From positions 868,001 through 932,000 of the forward strand of contig CM075981.1 in NCBI GenBank assembly GCA_038087875.1: a stretch of 64,000 nt of DNA, written 5' to 3'. Shown here piece after piece: positions 50,604 through 62,452 of this stretch. Origin of the DNA: Malacoraja senta. Lineage: Eukaryota. A model generated the notes under the pieces. The model was given only the letters and a program-made list of their open reading frames with translations. It searched no databases and was not told the DNA's origin. The translations under genes were made by a program, and so were the position numbers. Each line of letters opens with the position of its first letter. The first letter of the stretch is position 1.

Positions 50604-51544
50604 GTATATTCTTCTCATAACTTTTTTACGCACTGGAACTGAATCCATGTCGAGGACATTTGGTTGATTTTGTTTTGTTAAACGCAAGCGTCAAGAGTGT
50701 TTGAATGTCATATGTACCGACAAGGGAACAATATATTGCTTTGTTTCAGTAGCACAACGAGTCTGCAGATTTATGTAGTAATACAGCATGGAAACAGACC
50801 CTTCAGTCCAACTTGTCCACGTCAACCAAGATGCCCCATCTACTCTAGTTCCTCCTGCCAGCGTTTGGTCCATCTCCTTCTAAACCAGTCCTATTCATGT
50901 AACTGTCCAAATGCCTTTAAAATGTTTTTGTAGCACCTCCCTCAAATACCTCATCAGTTAGCTCATTCCATACACCCACAACTCACTGTGTAAAAAAATG
51001 ATGCCCCTCAGGATCTTATTAAATCTTTTCGTTTTCACCTGACGCCTTGTCCCCTGAGTCTTGATTCCCCTACTCTAGGTAAGAGACTTGTTTCCCTTGT
51101 TACCCTTGTTTCCCTTTCCCCTAACTCTGTCTGAAGAAAGGTCTTGACTCAAAATATCACCTATTCCTTTACTCCAGAGATGCTGCCTGACCCGTTGAGT
51201 AACTCTAGATTTTTGTGTCTATCTTCGGTTTGAATGAGCATCTGCAGTTCCTTCCAACACATACCCTATCTATTCCCCTCATTGTGCTTGTAAACATAAT
51301 GCACACTGTTAATATATAATGTACAAAAATGAATTAGTTAATGTCCAATAAGGACAAAAAATAACTGATGATAATTAGTGCAACCAAAGACTGTCCATAC
51401 TTGATATTTGAGGTTAGTGTGCAGTGTTCAAAAGCCTATTTGTTGCTGCTAAGAAGCTGTTCTTGAACCTGGAGGTCACAGTTTTCAGGCTCCTGTGCCT
51501 TCTTCCCAAAGGCAGGAGTGAAATGAGAGCCTGGTCAGAATGTC

Positions 51545-52400
51545 ATAGAGTCATAGAGTGATACAGTGTGGAAACAGGCCCTTCGGCCCAACTCGCCCAC
51601 ACCCGCCAACAATGTCCGAGGTACACTAGTCCCACTTGCCTGCTCTTGGTCCATATCCCTCCAAACATGTCCTATCCATGTATCTGTCTGACTGTTTCTT
51701 AAACGATGGGATAGTCCAAGCCTCAACTACCTCCTCTGGCATCTTGTTCCATATACCCACCACCCTTTGTGTGAAAAAGTTACCCGTCAGATTCCTATTA
51801 AACCTTTTCCCCTTCACCTTGAATCTATGTCCTCTAGTCTTCGATTCCTCTACTCTGGGCAAAAGACTTTGTGCATCTACCCGACCTATTCCTCTCATGA
51901 TCTTATACACCTCTTTCAGATCACCCCTTATCCTCCTGGGCTCCATGGAATAGAGACCCTGCCTAATCAACCTCACCCTAGCTCACACACCCTAGTCCTG
52001 GCAACATCCTCGTAAATCTTTTCGGAACCCTATCAAGCTTGACAGTATCTTTCCTATATCATGGTGTCCAGAACTGAACACAATACTCTAAATGCGGTCT
52101 CACCATCATCTTAGACAACTGCAACATGACCTCTGAACTTCTATACACAATACTCTGACTGATGAAGGCCAAAGTAACCAAAAGCCTTTTTGACCATTTT
52201 ATCTACCTGTGACTCAACCTTCAAGGAATCATGCACCTGTACTCCTAGATCCCTCTGCTCTACAACACTACCCAGAGGCCTGCCATTTGCTCTGTAGGTC
52301 CTGCCCTTGATCGACGTCCCAAAATGCAACACCTCACACTTCTCTGTATTAACTTCCATCAACCAATGCTCCTCCCACCAGGTCAATCGATCCAGATCCT
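51545..52400 (-). mobile_element. CR1/HER1-like 3' fragment
   Basis: ORFs 51626-51976 and 52141-52407 resemble the CR1 ORF2 C-terminus. Confidence 0.85.
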
Positions 52401-52648
52401 GCTGCATTCAAAGGGGTTATGGGGAGAAGGCAGGAGAATGGGGTTAGGAGGGAGAGATAGATGAGCCGTGATTGAATGGTGGGGTAGACTTGATGGGCCG
52501 TATCACTTATGCCTGATGACCGTATTACCAAATATTCCTCACTCGTGCCAGGTTTCTGACTCTTTTCACCATTTCCATTACTCTATGAACATTAATTTAT
52601 GTTTGAAATGTGCTGAGAAAATTTGAAACTCAAGAGTTAATCTGCAAG

Positions 52649-52752
52649 ATCATTCTGGTTTCATACCCAATGTCTTGCTGACTTCTTCCTCATTTATGTT
52701 CCTCATAACGTTTCTACTTAAACGTTATTTCGCAATGAAGAGGAAGAGCTGA
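52649..52752 (+). other. Candidate transmembrane exon B (uncertain)
   Basis: The phase-1 frame reads DHSGFIPNVLLTSSSFMFLITFLLKRYFAMKRKS*; but the acceptor is weak, there is no canonical GT donor, and the hydrophobicity may only reflect a pyrimidine tract. Confidence 0.3.
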
Positions 52753-52967
52753 GCGACTTACGAATGATAATAAACTTAACTAGCTAATTAACTAACAAAA
52801 ACCTTCAAAATGTAAACTAACAATTAGTGCTAAAAACATTTTTGATATAGTCTAGTCCTTGTGCAAAGTGCCAATATATGCTTGATTGTTATCATGGACA
52901 AAAGAGGGATTGGAGGGGATGACTGCGGTGAAAAAGGTCCTTTATTATGTTGGCTGCTTTCCTGAGG

Positions 52968-53245
52968 CAGGGTGGCACAGTGACACATCGGTAGAGTTGC
53001 TGCCAGACACCTGGGATCAATCCTGACTACGGAGATTGTACGTTCTCCATGTGACCGTGTGGGTTTTCTCTGGGTGCTCTGGTTTCCTCCCACATTCCAA
53101 AGACGTGCAGGTTTGTAGGTTAATTGGCTTCTGGAAATTGTACCTAGTGTGCACGATAGAACTAGTGTATGGGTGATTGCTGGTCAGAGCGAACTTAGTG
53201 GGGCAAAGGGCCTGTTTCCATGCTGTATCTCTAAACCAAACTAAA
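52968..53245 (+). mobile_element. HE1-type V-SINE
   Basis: Head, core and tail present. Confidence 0.8.
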
Positions 53246-53303
53246 CATGACAGGAACAAGCCCTCGGGCCCACAATGTCCGTGCCGAACATAATGCCAGG
53301 AAC

Positions 53304-53473
53304 CAGGCCCTCTCGTAGATGAACTGAGGCCCAGGACAATTTTAATTTCAGAATTTCAAGCAGAAGCCCCTCAATTTTAGATGTCCCCAAATCAAGATCC
53401 CTTTGAAGCAGACATGCATGAGGCCCATGCCAAATGGCACTCGTTGCCCCCCCCCCCCCCCTGATAGGGCTTG
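53304..53473. mobile_element. 170-bp hAT-like MITE
   Basis: Terminal CAGGCCCT / AGGGCTTG (one mismatch), flanked by the imperfect 8-bp direct repeat CCAGGAAC / CCCTGAAC. Confidence 0.5.
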
Positions 53474-53985
53474 CCCTGAACAAACCCTTATCTGCCTGCA
53501 CATAATCCATATCCCTCCAGCCCTGCATATCAATGTACTTATCTAAAAGTCTCTTACATCACATTCTCGTGTACATTTCCAACAGGTTTGAAGAAGCTGT
53601 TCCTGAAACTGGTGGAGTATAATTTCAAGCTATTATATCTTCTGCCTTGATGGGAGAGGGGAGAAGAGGGGACGGCTGGGATGAAAAAGGTCCTTAATTA
53701 TGTTGTCTGCTTTCTTCAGGCATCGTGAGGTATAGATGGCTCAATGGTGGGATACGGTGCATCTATAGAATCTATAACATAGATAGGTGATGTTTCGGGT
53801 CGGGGCCCTTCTTCAGACCCGTCAAAATGTAGAAACATGAAACCGAAGATACTGGTTTACACAAAAGACACAAAGTGCTGGAGTAACTCAGTGGGTTAGA
53901 CAGCATGCCTGGAGAACAATAGAAAAAAATAACTGCAAAAGCTTGTTTACAAAAAGAGCAAGCAGTTGTGTTTGCCTCACCACAG

Positions 53986-54072
53986 ATGGAGCATTAATTA
54001 ACTTGACACATTGCTCAACAATTGACTTCCAAGAAGAACACAGTCTTCCTGATTGTGGTTTCGAAGAGCTAG
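53986..54072 (+). other. Candidate cytoplasmic exon (phase 1-1)
   Basis: TTTGCCTCACCACAG|AT...CTA G|GTTTAA; DGALINLTHCSTIDFQEEHSLPDCGFEELG is open; weak donor; the region weakly resembles 42740-42900. Confidence 0.3.
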
Positions 54073-55165
54073 GTTTAAAGGCAGTGAAATACTATATTTG
54101 ATCTTAATCTTACCAAGCTAATGAGAACAATTTTGTAATCATCTCTACACATCCACACTTTATAACATTAACAAACAATTGTTCCTTCCTATTTTTTCGA
54201 AGTTGCTTCACACGTTTATTGTTTGGCCAATAAAATTTAATAATAAAAAAATGTAACGCATACATTATGTTTAAGAAGAACTGCAGATGCTGGCAAAATC
54301 GAAGGTAGACAAAAATGCTAGAGAAACTCAGCGGGTGAGGCAGCATCTTTGAAACGAAGGAACAGACGACGTTTCGGGTCGAGACCCTTCTTCACACTTA
54401 ATTTATGGTCAGTTTTGCAAGTGGCAATATAAACTGGAAGGTGCAAAAACAAGGCTTCTGCAGAATGTTTAATAGCCAAGTTCCTTGAAAGTTCCAGAGC
54501 AGATTGGGAAATTGATTGAAAAAAATAAATTAACTCTGATACATAGAATGTTTTTATGACATTTTATGAAACATGTAGGAGCCAAAAAGCTGCTAAAGGC
54601 ACTCAATGAGTTAAGCAGAGTCTGCAAGCAGAAATAAATTGTCGACAATTTGGGTCTAGACTGCACCAGGGATACCTTCTTGCTTCAGATTCCAGCATCT
54701 ATAGTTTAGTGTACCTCCATTTATAAAATATGAGTTTAGTTACAATTGTAGTATTGTGGTCACCACTTTAGGAAGGTTGTGAAATCCCTAGAGAGGTACA
54801 TAATGGATTTAGAAAAAGTAACTTAGGAACGAAGGACTTTAGTCCGGTGGATAATTGATCAGCAAACAGTGAACAGCGAACAATTGATCTCCTGAGAACA
54901 GAGAAGGTTGCAAAGTGATCTGATGGAGATGTTTAAATCAAGGAAAAATACAAATTCCAAATGGAAGGCACAGTGGCATAGCGGTAGAGTTGCTGCCTTA
55001 CAGCTACAAAGACCCAGCTTTGATCCTGGCAATGGGTGCTGTCTGCACTGAGTTTGTACGTTATCCCTGTGATCACATGGGTTTCCTCCCATATTCCAAA
55101 TACGTGCAGGTTTGTAGGTTTTAATATAACCCCAATGACCATATCTTTATATTTTTAATTGGTTA

Positions 55166-55386
55166 AGAAGGAACTGCAGATGCTGAAAAATCAAAGGTAG
55201 ACAAAAATGCTGGAGAACCTCAGCGGGTGAGGCAGCATCTATGGAGCGAAGGAAATAGGCGACGTTTCGGGTCGAGACCCTTCTTCAGTCTGAAGAAGGG
55301 TTTAGGCCCAAAACGTCGCCTATTTCCTTCGCTCCATAGATGCTGCGTCACCCGCTGAGTTTCTGCAGCATTTTTGTCTACCTTTG
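55166..55386. mobile_element. Palindromic PLE pLTR-derived element with hammerhead cores
   Basis: Inverted repeat 55192-55386 centred at 55289; 11-bp TSD TTAATTGGTTA at 55155-55165 and 55387-55397. Confidence 0.8.
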
Positions 55387-56080
55387 TTAATTGGTTATAT
55401 GGTTAACTCATTGGTTATATGGTTAACTATGTTACATGTGACAATAAACTAAACTAACATACTAGGTTAGTTGGCTTCTGTAAATGGCTCTAGTGTGTAA
55501 GATAGAACTAGTGTATGGGTGATTGTTGGTCGGCGCAGACTCGGTGGGCCAAAGGGCCTGTTTCCGCATTGTAACTCTAAACATAAAAGTAAAAGTAGAA
55601 CTAAAACTGACACAAAAATTAGTTTCTAGCTTAGCATAGATTCTAATAAATATATAAGGTTTGTGTACAACACATGGCCTGGAGAGAATGGATGTGAAGA
55701 GGATGTTTCCACTAGGAGATTTAGGACCAGAGGCCACAGCCCCAGAATAAAAGGACGTACATTTAGAAAGGGGATGAGGAGGAATTTCTTTAGTTGGTGG
55801 TGCATCTGTGGAATTCATTGCCACAGAAGGCTGTGGAGGCCAAATCAATCAATATTTTTTAATGCGGAAATTGATAGATTCTTGATTAGTACGGATGCCA
55901 GAGGTTATGGGAAGAAGGGAGGAGTAAAGGGTTGAGAGGGAAAGATAGGTCAGCCATGATTGAATGATGTAGACTGGATGGGCCAAATGGGCTAATTCTG
56001 CTCCTATCACTTATGAACTTATGAACATAAGTTTAAATATGTTTCTGATGTGGTCCTTTCAATAATGATGTATTTTCTAG

Positions 56081-56127
56081 AATCGAAAGGCAAGAGATCT
56101 CACAGAGAAGATAACAATGAAACCCAG
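56081..56127 (+). CDS. 47-bp cytoplasmic exon (copy 1)
   Basis: TATTTTCTAG|AA...CAG|GTAAAG, phase 1-0; ESKGKRSHREDNNETQ. Confidence 0.7.
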
Positions 56128-56289
56128 GTAAGGATGTGAAGTGTGAATTGTCTGAATGTTTGAGAATATATAAACTAATATTATGTAGCATAACACAGGC
56201 CATTCAGCCCCACTAGTCCACTACAACGTTAATACTAAACACCAATCGCTATGCATCCTTCTTCATCAAACCCCATCAACATCAACAAG

Positions 56290-56480
56290 GGTGGGACAGC
56301 TTGTAGAGCTGCTGCCTCACAGCGCCAGAGACCCAGGTTCGATCCTGACCTCGGGTGCTGTTTGCGTGCAGTTTTTACATTCTCCCTGCAACCACGTGAG
56401 TTTCCTCCAGGTGCTCTGGTTTCCACCCACATCCCAAAGACGTGTGGGTTTGTAGGTTAATTGGCTTCTGCAAATTGCCC
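56290..56480 (+). mobile_element. HE1-type V-SINE (partial); another partial copy at about 56728-56930
   Basis: Head and V core present. Confidence 0.75.
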
Positions 56481-56935
56481 CGAGCTTTTCGAAATGAGAA
56501 AACGGGATAACATAACATAATTCTTTATGGCTCTATATCACTGAAATCCAATTAAAAACATCTCAAAGATTTCCAATGAGGTAGATGAGAGGTCAGGACA
56601 GCATCGAAGTTGATGTGTGGGACATCTTTTATCCAGGGGATAAAATTCTCCTAAATTACATCAACAATGCTGAGAATTGTCTTTCCCTTGTGACAACGCA
56701 TCCTCAGTAAATGCCCCTCTGATCTCTCGGGGCGACACGGTGGCACTGCGTATGCCCCGAGGGATCTGAGACCCTGGTTCGATCCTGACTATGGGTGCTG
56801 TCTGTACGAAATTTGTACATTTTCCCCGTGACCACGTGGATTTTCTCCAAGTTCTTCGGTTTTCTCTGACACTCCAAAGACGCAGAGGTTTGTAGGTTAA
56901 TTGGCTTGGTAAATTGGTTAATTGGCTTGGGAACA

Positions 56936-57140
56936 GGCGGTATCCACAAGGACTTAGGGGGCCTTCCGTGAACGCTGGTCGCCGCGGGAGGTAGAGTGTT
57001 TTGTTGACAAAGATGGCGATATACTAATTTGATGATCGTTTGTTTGTAAATTGTCAACATGGGCAGTCTTGGATTGTGTTAATACTCTGTATGTTTGTTT
57101 TTATTTTTTGAATAAAAGTATTTGTATAATAATAAAAAAA
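56936..57140 (+). mobile_element. Tx1-clade L1 3' end
   Basis: AFRERWSPREVECFVDKDGDILI* followed by an AT-rich UTR and poly(A). Confidence 0.7.
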
Positions 57141-57398
57141 CACCTTGGACTGCACTCAGGGCTGAGCTGAGGCCACAGAGTGCTAGAGTAACTTAACGGG
57201 TTAGGCAACATCTGTGCAGGGAATGAATAGGTGACATTTAGGGTCAAGTTCAAGTTCAAGTTCACATTTATTGCCACACGCATCAATTGAGGTACAGTGA
57301 AATGTTATTTTCCATGCAGCCACACAATCAAAAAGAACACAATACACAATAGAATACAACATGAACATCCACCACAGTGGAATCAACATTCTTCACTG

Positions 57399-59392
57399 TG
57401 ATGGAAGGCAATAACGTTCAGTCAGTCCTCCTCCTTTGTTCATCCGTGGTCGGGGCCATGCAGTCGCCACTACGTACAGGCCCTCTCTTCAGGATACTCG
57501 AAACTCCACCGTCGGGACAGACGGACACTCCGCGGCTTGGAGGTCCCGAATCGGCCGCTTCCTACCGGATGTTATAGGCCGCAGCCCGGCGGTCGGAGCA
57601 CTTCTCCGGCGATCCCCGGCAAGGGATCCCAGACTCCGCGATGGAAAGTCCACCCCGCGCCCGTGGCTTCAGGATGTTATAATCCGTGGGTCAGCGATCG
57701 GAGCACTTCTTCTGCTGATCCCCGGCAAGGGTTCGCCCGGCTACGCGATGGAAAGTCCGCACTGCGCCCGCTGCTGAAGCTCTGGGCCCAACTCCGGGGG
57801 AGGCCGCACCAATCCAAGCTGTAGCCCATGAGGGAGGGTGAAAATGTGATTAGGAGAAAAGTCACATTCCACCGAGATAAGTGACTGAAAAACTGTTTCC
57901 CCCCCTATTCCCCGCCCCCAACTCCCCCCCCCCCCACACACTTAAATACACTAAAACACACTAAAAACAAATAATGTCGAAAGGACGGACAGCTGCTAGC
58001 GAGGCTGCCGGCTCGTGGCGCCACCCGATGGTCACAACCGTTCTTCAAATAGTATCTGTGTGGGAAGGAACTGCAGATGCTGGTTTAAACCGAAGATAGA
58101 CACAAAATGCTGAAGTAACTCAGAGGGACAGGCAGAGAGAAAGAAGGGTCGAGACCCTTCTTCAGACTATTCTATATTGCCCCTAAGTATTCAAAATTTA
58201 TCACCTCATTTCTCTGCAATAAAAGAATCTGCCATATGTGTAGGAAGGAATTGCAGATGCTGGTTTCACCTAGACCACAGCTAACAAATGTTTTTATCCA
58301 GCCCACAGCTAACATGGTTTTAACCAAAACCACAGCTAACAATAGTTTTTTTCATCTAGACCACAGCTAACACTAGTTTGTTTCACTTAGACCACAGCTC
58401 ACAATAGCCAGTCTCCTTTATCATCATTACTTTCTTGCATTTCTTTCATTCATTTGTTCTATATCTCTCTATATCACCGTCTATATCTCTCGTTTCCCTT
58501 TCCCCTGACTCTCAGTCTGAAGAAGGGTCTCAACCCAAAACATAATCTATTCCTTTTCTCCACAGATGCTGTCTGACCCGCTGAATAACTCCAGCTTTTT
58601 ATGTCTACCTTCTACCATATGTCTGTCCATTCCGCCATCAAGTCTATGTACTCCCAAAACACAACAACATCCTAGATTGCAGTTCACAATGCTATTTCGT
58701 TTTGCATCATTAGCACATTTCAAACTTGTGACTTGCAAGTCCATGTCTAGGTCACATATCGATTTTTAAAAAGCCAACACCGGTCGATCTATTTACCTTC
58801 GTCCTGCTCAATAAACAGCTAATCACCCATATTCCTCTGTAGTAGCGAGTCTGGGTCCCCTTTACCCTGAGTCTGTCGGATGAAGGGTCTCGACCTAAAA
58901 CATCACCTATTCCTTTTCTCCAGAGATGCTGTCTGACCCACTGTTACCCCAGTTTTCAGTGTCTTTCCACTGTCGTATGATGCTTAACCATCTTCAAGGT
59001 TTCAAGGTCAGTTTACTGTCACATGTACCAATTAAGGTACAGTGAAATTTGAGTTACCATACAGCCATACTAAGTGAAAAGCAACAAGACTCACAACCAT
59101 ATAAAAGTTAACATCAACATCCATCACAGTGGATTCCATATTACTCACTGTGATGGAAGGCAATAAAGTTCAATCTTCTTCCTCTTTGTTATCCCGTGGT
59201 CGGGGCAGTCAAACCATCCACAGTCGGGGCAATCAAAGCCTCCGCAGCCGGTGATCGAAGTCCCCGTTGGGGTGATCGAAACTCCTGCCTAGGGGCGGTT
59301 GAAACTCTCTCCGCTGCATGGATCTCCCGAGTCCATGGGACTCTTACCAGAGACCGCGGGCTTCACGATGTTAAAGTCCACAGGCCCAATCC
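57399..59392 (-). repeat. Inverted segmental duplicate of 5637-7743
   Basis: Same order of several unrelated repeat pieces and unique spacers, with shared junctions. Confidence 0.88.
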
Positions 59393-59419
59393 ATTTCAGA
59401 TCCAAGACCTATTACAACA

Positions 59420-59810
59420 GGGTAAGAGGGAAAAGAGGAGGGAACCTCATTGAAACATCAAATAGTGAACGGCCTGGATACAGTGGATGTAGAATGGATG
59501 TTTCCACTAGTGGGACAGTCTAGGACCAGAGGTCATAACCTCAGAATTAAAGTACATTCCTTTAGGATGGAGATGAGGAAGAATTTCTTTTGTCAGAGGG
59601 TGTGGAATTTTTTGCCACAGAAGGCCGTGGAGGCCGTCAATAGATATTTTTAAGGCATAGATGGATAGATAGGTTCTTGATTAGTACTGGATTGTGGAGA
59701 GAAGGCACGAGAAAGAGATTAGGAGGGAGAGATAGATCAGCCATGATTGAATGGCGGAGTAGATGGATGGGCCGAATAGCATAATTCTGCTCCTATCACT
59801 TATGAGCTGA
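59420..59810 (+). mobile_element. CR1 3' fragment
   Basis: GLDTVDVEWMFPLVGQSRTRGHNLRIK...RKNFF. Confidence 0.8.
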
Positions 59811-59819
59811 TGAAAACCT

Positions 59820-60230
59820 GCTGGAGCAGATAAGGTAAGGACACAAAATGGTGGAGTAACTCAGCGGAACAAGCAGCATCTCTGGAGAGAAGGAACGTTT
59901 CAGGTCAAGACCCTTTTTCAGACTGATGTCAGGGGAGTAGGTAGTACACAGATAAAATGTAGTCGGAGACAGTAAGACTGGTCAAAGAATTGGGAATGGG
60001 GAGGGGATGGAGAGAGAGGGAAACCAATGGCTACTTGAAGTTAGAGAAGTCAATGTTCATACCACTGGGGTGTAATTGCCCAAGTGAAATATGAGGTGCT
60101 GTTCCTCCAAATTGCGCTGGGCCTCACTCTGACAACGGAGGAGGCCCAGGACAGAAAGGTTAGTGTGGGAATGAGAGTGGTAGTTAAAGTGTTGAGCAAC
60201 CGGGAGATCAGGTAGGTTTAGGCAGCTTTC
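59820..60230 (-). mobile_element. Penelope-like pLTR and GIY-YIG C-terminal fragment
   Basis: LPVAQHFN..SHSHTNLSVLGLLRCQSEAQRNLEEQHLIF. Confidence 0.8.
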
Positions 60231-60646
60231 GGGAGGGATGGGTAGAGCACAGGGAATATGATCCATTCTGAACAATATGTACAGTAACCAGAAAACAGGG
60301 CAGATTCTTGCTCCGTTCGTGCAAATATACTGCAGTACTTTTGGGGTTCTCCTAAATATAAGGTCTTGCACACAACACGTAGATGTTTCAGTGTGTTGGA
60401 AGGAACTGCAGATGCTGGTTTATACTGAAGATAAACACAAAATGCTCTAGCAATTCAGCGGGTCAGGGTGCATCACTGCCGAAAGGAATAGTTGACGTTT
60501 CGAGTCGAGACCCTTCTTCAGACTGAGAGTCAGGGGAAAGGGAAACGAGAGATATAGAAGGTACAAAGAACAAATGAATGAAATATATGAATGAATGATG
60601 TTCAAACCTGTTCCTGATATGGCTCTATCGACAACATATTTTGCAG

Positions 60647-60693
60647 AATCCAATTGCAATACATCACAAGGTGAAGACAACAATGAAATCCAG
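60647..60693 (+). CDS. 47-bp cytoplasmic exon (copy 2)
   Basis: ATTTTGCAG|AA...CAG|GTAAAA, phase 1-0; ESNCNTSQGEDNNEIQ; in frame with the exon at 61112. Confidence 0.75.
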
Positions 60694-61111
60694 GTAAAAA
60701 TGTGAAATATAAATTCTCTGAGTGATGAAGAATATATAATATTGAATTATCTGTGTTTACACAGGCCATTTACCAACACCAGTCCACTCCAGCTAAGAGA
60801 TCCATCGCAGAAACAGGATCTTCGGCCCACAGTGTCCACGCCGACCGGTGACCCCCGCACACTAACACTCTCCTACACACACTAGGGGCAATTTGCAATT
60901 ATGCCAAACCAATTAACCTACAAACCTGTTGTAGACGCTGTCAGGCAGCAACTCTACCGCTGCTCCACCGTGCTGTGCTATCTTTGTGTTGTAAACAGCA
61001 GCCATGGCTTGTTCTGTACACTGAACAGTTTGAGACCTACTTTGTAATAGACATCTGTTGAGGACCTTTCAAATCTATTAGGTCGTAAAATTTGATTTTG
61101 TTACATTTTAG

Positions 61112-61387
61112 GAAATAGCAGTGTTGGAAGGAAACCACGTTGATGCAAATCTGCAGCAACTTGCAAAGATCAGGGCAGATGACCATTTGGATAACAATGA
61201 AGGTGAACGCACGTATGCAGTGGTGAATTGTCAAAGGAAGTCGAGATCAAGGCAACATGTGGCTGAAAATGCTGTCGTCTCCGCAGATGTCAATTTTCAT
61301 CGCAACTACCCAAAGAGCACTCGGAAACCCCACTCTCCTGGGACTCCAGAGAACCCCGAATCAATCTATGCCTCTGTTGTTTCTTAG
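61112..61387 (+). CDS. Terminal cytoplasmic exon with ITIM and ITIM-like motifs
   Basis: TTTTGTTACATTTTAG|GAA, phase 0, open to TAG; RTYAVV at 61208-61225 and SIYASV at 61361-61378 (fits S/I/V/LxYxxI/V/L). Confidence 0.8.
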   Translation, partial: EIAVLEGNHVDANLQQLAKIRADDHLDNNEGERTYAVVNCQRKSRSRQHVAENAVVSADVNFHRNYPKSTRKPHSPGTPENPESIYASVVS

Positions 61388-62452
61388 GAGAGATTTTTAA
61401 TTCGGTGTGAGTTTTTGGCAATACTTGCTTTACCACTCTGTTCAGATGACACTGCGTTAATCTGCTTTATACTTTGTCAAAGATGGACACAAAATGCTGG
61501 AGTAACTCAGCAGGTCAGGCAGCATCTCTGGAGAAAATGGACAGGTGGCCTTTGAAGTTGGGACCCTTCTTCAGATGGTCTGTAGAAAGGTCCTGACCCA
61601 CAATGGTACCAATCCATTTTCGCCAGAGATGTTTCTTGACCATCTGAGTTACTCCAGCATTTTGGGTTTGTCTTTGGCATAAACCGGCATCTTTTTATAG
61701 CTATACTTTGTGAAGCTCTTTCTGAGCGGTTTTGTTCAATTCATCAGGTGTCAGGGCTGATGGGGAGAAAGCAGGAGAGTGGTGTTAGGAGGGAGAGGTA
61801 AATCAGCGATGATTGAATGGCGGAGTAGCCTTGATGGGCCAAATTGCCTGCTTCTATCACTAATGACCTTATGAATTCCACTCCCATCACCAATCTCTTT
61901 CATCCGCCAGTATAATGAATGAGCCTAGATCATGCATACAAATGATAAAATGGCACTGCTTCTCATTCCGATAATACCCACCCACAAATGCCCCAACCCT
62001 CCCATCATCATTCTTTGCGAGGGTCAGCCTAAGCACACCTCAACCCATTGTCTCCGGGCCAAAATATTGTGGGTTCAAGTCCGTTAAGGGGCTATGGATA
62101 AAGCAAGAAAATGGGTTCAAGTGGATAAGGTAGATAAGCCCAAGATGTAAATGATCCTGAAGCCTGGGTAAGGGGCCTCTGAAACTTAGTCAAGACTAGA
62201 TTTTACCTGCCTCAGTGACCAGTTGCAAATAAAATGATCTAACTTGAGCCCGTCCCTAGATACTGCCTAGCCATGGGAAATGGGGAGAGGGAGGGAAGTA
62301 ACAGCGTGGAACTGCAGAACTATTCATAGCTTTTATAGCCTATTACAGTGCAAGAAGTAAGTCAAGTGTGTTTTATTGTCATACCGTATGTACTTGCAGC
62401 AGCACAATCGAGCAATATACATGAATTCCTTTATCTTTTATCTTTTCCAACA

